DNA from: Eledone cirrhosa | Lineage: Eukaryota | NCBI GenBank assembly: GCA_964016885.1 | Contig: OZ024743.1 | Span: 272,366,001 to 272,430,000, forward strand | Length of the DNA stretch: 64,000 bases | Direction of reading: 5' to 3' | Position numbers and translations under genes: made by a program | Notes under the pieces: model-generated | Database searches by the model: none | Told to the model about the DNA's origin: nothing | The model's input: only the letters and a program-made list of their open reading frames with translations | In this document: positions 55,000-64,000 of the stretch, in pieces | Position numbering within the stretch: the stretch's first letter is position 1 | Layout of the letters: every line of letters begins with the position of its first letter

Positions 55000-57605
55000 A
55001 GTAATAATAATAAATTTGAAGACTTAAATCCAAAGAGGGCTCGATAAGGATAAATATATATCAAATATATAAGAACCGTAGAGCAAATATTTATTTAAAT
55101 AATAGATTAAAGTTTAAGCAAATAATCGCTGTTTTCGCCCTTAACGGGATCTTCTGAAACTAACAAAGTCAATATGTGAACGCAAAAGTGAATATTTCAA
55201 AACGTTGCGACCGGAGGAAGACAGGAAGACGATACTCAAGTTCGTGGAAACGTTCCCTGGCAAAGAACAGGAAAAAACGAATATAATACGTCATTATTTG
55301 GAGCGGTGAAAAACAATTACACGCAAAGACAAAACCACGCTTATGGTATAAAAGAAGTCGTAAACTAATGTTCTCTTAGGTGGTTCATAGAGACGTTCTC
55401 TGGCAATGAACGAAAAAAACGAAGATAATACGTCATATTTGGAGCGGGGAGAACAATTGCACGCAAAGACAAAACCACGTAAATGGTATAACTGAAGTCG
55501 TAGACTAAAATTCTAACTAGGAAACCGAATGATTCTCGGCTTCAGAGTGGTCTTTGGCGTAGAGTATTTCCAGGGCCTCAGCGGCTAAGAGGTCACATGT
55601 CCTTTATTTCCGTTATACGATCTAGCCCTAGCTAGGATCTCCCAGTGTAACTTATATTGGGTGTGGTTGTCTTTTAGACTCCATATATAAGCTGAAAGTG
55701 ACGTCATATTCCTTCTTAAAGGGTAACGAAAAGAATGGGTATGCATGTAAAGATGCTGCTTGAATCTATTGGCGGTTAACCCTATGTAGGCCCTACGGGA
55801 TGTGGGTGTTTCAACTTTACATTTGTAGACAATGTTACTAGAGAGGCATTTCCCGGATAGGAGCAGTCAACCCGATTCCTACAATTACACTTAGTACTAA
55901 CTACAGGGTTGCACGTGTTCTACGGCTAGGTAGTTTAGCTAAATTTGAAGCTGTGATGTTATGTACAAGGTTAGGAGTCGTAGAGTAAGAAATCTTAATA
56001 GTATTTCTATTAAAAATTCTACTATATTTAGGGGGAAAATGCTTCATAATAAGGGAGAGAAAGATCTTAGCTAATGGTGTGGCCACCTCCATATTATATG
56101 GTGGGTTATACCATATAATGCGTCGGGATCTATTTCTTCTAGGTCTATTCTGGTACTCCTTATATGCTACCTTATCGACAAATCCACTCCGAGCAAGAGT
56201 TTCATTGTAATATGTGGAATGGTCGTCGAAAATATGGTTGTTAGTAGATAGACGGGAAAGCCTCAAAGAAACGTTTCTTACCAGGTTCTTGGTTATGCTG
56301 GCAGGATGGTTAGAATGCTTACTTATGTAATTAAGCGTATCATTCGGCTTTCTATACGGGTAATGGAAGCCATTCGATAAATTGAGGGTAACGTCGAGGT
56401 AATTAACGTCCGAGAGGTTGGCCTCAACCTGTATGGAGAGGTTGAAGCCTTTAAAGAAGGCTGTGAGTTCTTTTCTGAACCTGCCGCAAGCACGTGGGCC
56501 GCACTTAGTCATGGTCAAAATACCATCATCACGGTACAAACCACCGCCCACGTTGGGGAATTCTTCCTTGATAGAGAAAAGAAGGAAAAGGCCGATAAGA
56601 TCAGTAACCTCCGCAGAATCGCTGGCGCCCATACTCACGTCGAATGGGGTTCTATTAAATTTTTTAATCCAAATAGAGTCGTCGAAATTTATCACCGACT
56701 TACGGGCATTGAGGATGACATCAACTTCGAAATCCTTAACCACTGTGAGTGTTTTAGCGAAATTGATAGCTCTAAGGAGAAGTGGTAAAGTGATGGAGGA
56801 ATAGTAATTATTGATGTCGAATTGGATAAAACGGCAATGTTCCTTGTTGCATATGCCGTTGAACCAATCAATCACCGCGAAAGAATTGTTCCACAGTGCA
56901 AGAGGGGCCAAACTTCTAATTTCAGGTATAATTCTATCAAGAATCCTTTTACTAAGTCTACTTAAATCGAACTTCGTAAGCCGAATTACCTGGTTGTTCG
57001 GGAAATTGGATTTGTGATCCTTCAGGGTAAAGTGGAGAGTATTGGGTCCAGAGGTTCGGTCCGGTCCAGGATGTTGAGATCGAGGTGATTTTAAGCCCAG
57101 CATCGTTGATTTCATTAATGAGACTCCGATTAGTTTTACGGTAATCCTTAGTTACAGCATTATCTGGCAGTTGATGGTAAGTACTGCGCTCCACTTGATA
57201 TAGATTGCCAGTTTTGTCGGAATGGACGTGCGCGGCATTAGAATCCTTAATAGAACGAATTCTATTCTTCAGGTCCCGCTGGAAGGAATTGCTCCTATTC
57301 CGAAATTTGATACTCTGTATGAGTTCCAAGACATCATTTTCGAAAGGTAGCAATGTTGGGTTACTATCCTGTTTGTTGTCTGCTTTACCCTGATTATCGA
57401 AATAAAAGGCACGCCAACGCAACCTTTTAATGAACGCGTCTGTGTTCTGTATCAGGAGTTTTAGGTATGTTTCCCTGCTTGGTACGGGTATGTTCTTTGT
57501 AGAAATATTCAGATGTTGTTTCTGTATGATGAATATAAGTCAATAGAGTACTCAACGGGTGAAAGCAGCGATTCTTTTCTTAAACTTTAATCTGTTATTT
57601 TAATA
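55000..57605 (-). mobile_element. Penelope-like retroelement (PLE-3), same family as PLE-2
   Basis: ORFs 55901-57115 and 56958-57422 are nearly identical to PLE-2; pLTR 55000-55547 is joined by deletion to the GIY-YIG end; short inverted pLTR piece at 57556-57605. Confidence 0.92.
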
Positions 57606-57606
57606 A

Positions 57607-57637
<31 letters not shown>

Positions 57638-57724
57638 GGAACAAGTATGACCCCGACGGCAGAGCACAAGCCGTTTCGACGGCTAGCGTTATGGTCCATC
57701 TAGTTCCTTACCACAATTCCTTCG

Positions 57725-57820
<96 letters not shown>

Positions 57821-57823
<3 letters not shown>

Positions 57824-58392
57824 AGTATGCATGTATACGTACATACATATATGTATACAGACGTACGTAAGTGCCATACTAAGAGTGAGAAATGAAATTT
57901 CGTTTTCATTTTGTTTCAATTTATCGTTTTCGGTATGCCTGACCGATTTAACTCACTCAATATGCAAATTAGGCTGCTCAGCCGTTAATTTTCATAAGGA
58001 AAGTATATACTTTCGAACGTTCAACTATCTGGCAGATGGGTAAACGGTGCTGATGATAGCTAACAAACTTGAAACTAGTACATCGTTCCTGTGTCAGTGT
58101 TGAACAAAAAGGTGACGTGGTTGCCTTAACACCGTATGGCATAAATTCAGGCTGTTCAGTTTGTTTACAAACGAACAAAGCGACGTTATAATAAGCGCCG
58201 CTAAACTGATACGTGCATATATGTATGTGTACCTGTATGCATATGTATGTATATATGTATATATATATATATATGTGCATGCTACTGTACGTCTGTATAC
58301 ATATATGTATGTACGTATACATGCATACTTACATTTAAGTAAGTGCCATACTAAGATTGAGAAATGAAATTTCGTTTTCATTTTGTTTCAAT
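57821..58392 (+). mobile_element. Non-LTR retrozyme-like element (~472-nt unit, terminal direct repeat, 5' inverted segment)
   Basis: 57868-57920 is repeated at 58340-58392; 57821-57866 is inverted relative to 58287-58332; contains an HHR; (TA)n flanks. Confidence 0.8.
58043..58087 (+). ncRNA. Type I minimal hammerhead
   Basis: aacggtg-CTGATGA-tag..ctt-GAAA-ctag-TA-catcgtt. Palindromic helix III ACTAGT, GUA site. Confidence 0.8.
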
Positions 58393-58428
58393 ATATATAT
58401 ATATATATATATATACGTATACATATAT

Positions 58429-59256
58429 ACAAGTGGAAGCTTAGTAAAATTCCGTTCCACATTCCGAATGAAAAGCTCTCGACTAGACGTTATTAAACAA
58501 ACATAAATAATTAACCAATCAATGGAATTGCCTAATTAAATTAATTAATTAATTAATTGTTATGTTTAGGAGATAATAACAGAAGTGGAAGCTTAGTAAA
58601 ATCTAAGCTTTGGCTGTGGCCAAGTTAACGACCTACAATTAGGAATGAGCAGCAAAGCACTCAATAAGGTTGCAGGCCTTAGTGTAATAACATACGTTTA
58701 GACAGCTTGACAAATTGAAAATTGCGGTAGGTAAACCTAGCCACACAATACCAAAAACAACGAAATAACTAATCAGGTTAGACAACTGACCTGGACAAGT
58801 CGAACGATATTTTGCAATACGTCCGATAGGTTTCTATGAATTCGAACCTTCCATCCAACTTACGTAATATGTAAGCGTGTGGTATTCCATGATCGAATAG
58901 TGGATTCACGTCATCACAGGAATTTCGTTCTATGCCTCAAGCCGGTGTGGAATGCAACTCCAAACTGCTACCGTTGGCAGCCCTCAGTGTTTCACTGACA
59001 CGTGTTATTTCCAACAAGGGAAGTAACCCCGGTTTTTGGCGGGCAAATTCAATGGAAATCAATTCCGTTCCACATTCCGAATGAAAAGCTCTCGACTAGA
59101 CGTTATTAAACAAACATAAATAATTAACCAATCAATGGAATTGTCTAATTAAATTAATTAATTATTATGTCTAGGAGATAATAATACAAGTGGAAGCTTA
59201 GTAAAATCGAAGCTTTGACTGGCTAAACTAACGACCTACAATTAGGAATGAGCAGC
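58429..59256. mobile_element. ~614-nt unit with ~200-nt terminal direct repeat, in (TA)n (probable PLE-type remnant)
   Basis: 58449-58654 is repeated at 59063-59256. Confidence 0.65.
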
Positions 59257-59283
59257 ATATATATATATAAATAATTTTGAATA

Positions 59284-59315
<32 letters not shown>

Positions 59316-59320
<5 letters not shown>

Positions 59321-59431
59321 AACGAGTAGGACCCCGACGGCTGAGCTCAAGCCGTTTCGACGGCTAATTCGGGACTCAATTAGCCGTCGAAACGGCTTGA
59401 GCTCAGCCGTCGGGGTCCTACTCGTTCCTAT
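59316..59431. repeat. Perfect fold-back palindrome of a hammerhead 3' half
   Basis: Arms around loop 59370-59377; each strand reads tagccgtc-GAAA-cggct(tgagctc)agccg-TC-ggggtcc. Confidence 0.8.
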
Positions 59432-59653
59432 TACCCACTCTACTACCCTAAGTATTGAGTACTTTGGTGCGTTATGGTCCACCTGGTTCCTTACCACATT
59501 TCCTTCGTTATATATATATATATATATAGTTTTCAAAATTATTTAAATATGTATATATATATGAATTATATAAATATATATAGGGAGGGAGAGCGAGAAG
59601 TTGATAGAAAAACCATTAAGGCACATTTACTGACGTTCATTTATATATATATT

Positions 59654-59826
<173 letters not shown>

Positions 59827-60001
59827 GTAATATTATTTATACTTATATATACACTATATACAATTATAAACAGGAAAGGTCAGTAATTCATTACTACCTT
59901 ATTACCAGTAAGAAAAATAGCTCAATGTAAATACATCAGATTTTTTACAGAGCAGGAATATAAATTACAGAATAATCAAAACTATGTTCAAAACATGTTA
60001 T

Positions 60002-60048
60002 TGCTGACAATCGTTTCTTCCAAACTTTCGTTTGGAATCATGGGAGCA
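60002..60048 (-). ncRNA. Hammerhead-like motif with degenerate core (CCCATGA)
   Basis: Reverse complement reads tgct-CCCATGA-ttccaaac(gaaa)gtttggaa-GAAA-cgattg-TC-agca. Confidence 0.55.
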
Positions 60049-60314
60049 CTAGCAACGTTTAGACATATAATTAACCTCCTATTCCACAGAACAATCAAAA
60101 AGATACATAGATATTAATGTTGTCATCAACAGTTTTATATTTACAGAGTGGAGATGTTGAGGTCACTGTTGTCAGTGGATGCGACAAAGATTACAAAAGA
60201 ATATAACAATTAAAAAGGTATTAAGGCAGAAAGTTACTCTCAAAACCAGGACATTAGCAGTACATATACATGCGTATAGAGAGTGCAACTATGTTAGGCA
60301 TGTACAGAATAGCT

Positions 60315-60385
<71 letters not shown>

Positions 60386-60420
60386 ATATAAGATCAAAAG
60401 ATGGTTAAAAGAGTTCCATG

Positions 60421-60491
60421 TATTTTATTATGCGCATTTCAAAACCAAATATCATCATGCAATAATATTTGTGTTTTCATCAGATAAAATA
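60421..60491 (-). ncRNA. Type I minimal hammerhead in a ~230-bp pLTR-like fragment between (TA)n tracts
   Basis: Reverse complement reads tattttat-CTGATGA-aaacacaaatatt..gatatttggtttt-GAAA-tgcgca-TA-ataaaata. Palindromic helix III ATGCGCAT. Confidence 0.8.
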
Positions 60492-60606
60492 GGAAGACAT
60501 GATATGAAGGTTATATATTATGTATACACTCCAGTCCTACAAACTGTAGAGTGCTTCTTATCCGATATCTGCATTGCTTTATTGTACTACAATAAAACTC
60601 ACCTCC

Positions 60607-60655
<49 letters not shown>

Positions 60656-60659
60656 AAAA

Positions 60660-63635
<2,976 letters not shown>

Positions 63636-63846
63636 ATATATATATATACGTGTATATATTTATATATATATATATATATATAAATGTAATCTGAGTTTTT
63701 CGAATATTAATAACATCTGATTCGTTTGCAATTATGCAAACAGTCCTCAATTTTATAGCCAATATGCAAATCAGGCAGATCAGTCACTGTATTTTTGAAA
63801 ATAGCATATATTTTCATTAGCTCTGACAGTTTGGCAGGTGAACCGT

Positions 63847-63896
63847 GAGCTGTACTGACGAAGGGTGATACCCGGAAACATTAGTGTCTGCAGTTC
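63847..63896 (+). ncRNA. Type I hammerhead at the apex of a rod-like element (63708-64000)
   Basis: gagctgta-CTGACGA-agggt(gat)acccg-GAAA-cattagtg-TC-tgcagttc. GUC site. Confidence 0.85.
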
Positions 63897-64000
63897 TGTT
63901 CGCATGCCAACATAAGAGCAAGAATGAAGTGTTCATTCTACTGACATGGCTATAAAATTGAGGGTTGTTTGCATAATTGCAAACGAATCGAATGTTATTA

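Overview
AT-rich eukaryotic (metazoan) DNA, very likely octopus/cephalopod. This is inferred from the abundant tRNA-derived SINE and the dense (TA)n/(CA)n/(GA)n tracts. No host protein-coding exon can be supported. The window is a transposon graveyard dominated by Penelope-like retroelements (PLEs: RT plus C-terminal GIY-YIG, with inverted or direct pseudo-LTRs) and short non-coding satellites of them, almost all inserted into (TA)n tracts. It also holds a decayed CR1-type LINE, RTE and RLE-type LINE fragments, a hAT MITE, mariner, Helitron-like and gypsy remnants, and many SINEs. About 15 hammerhead-ribozyme (HHR) motifs can be folded by eye. The most striking is at 32817-32919, with copies at 31733-31836 and 51030-51133. 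There, all conserved HHR core nucleotides are present and supported by covariation, but the three core strands occur in reversed order, matching none of types I/II/III. The fold is pseudoknotted, includes a kink-turn and a four-way junction, and is carried by a circularly permuted ~530-620 nt non-coding retroelement. All RNA structures are manual predictions and untested.
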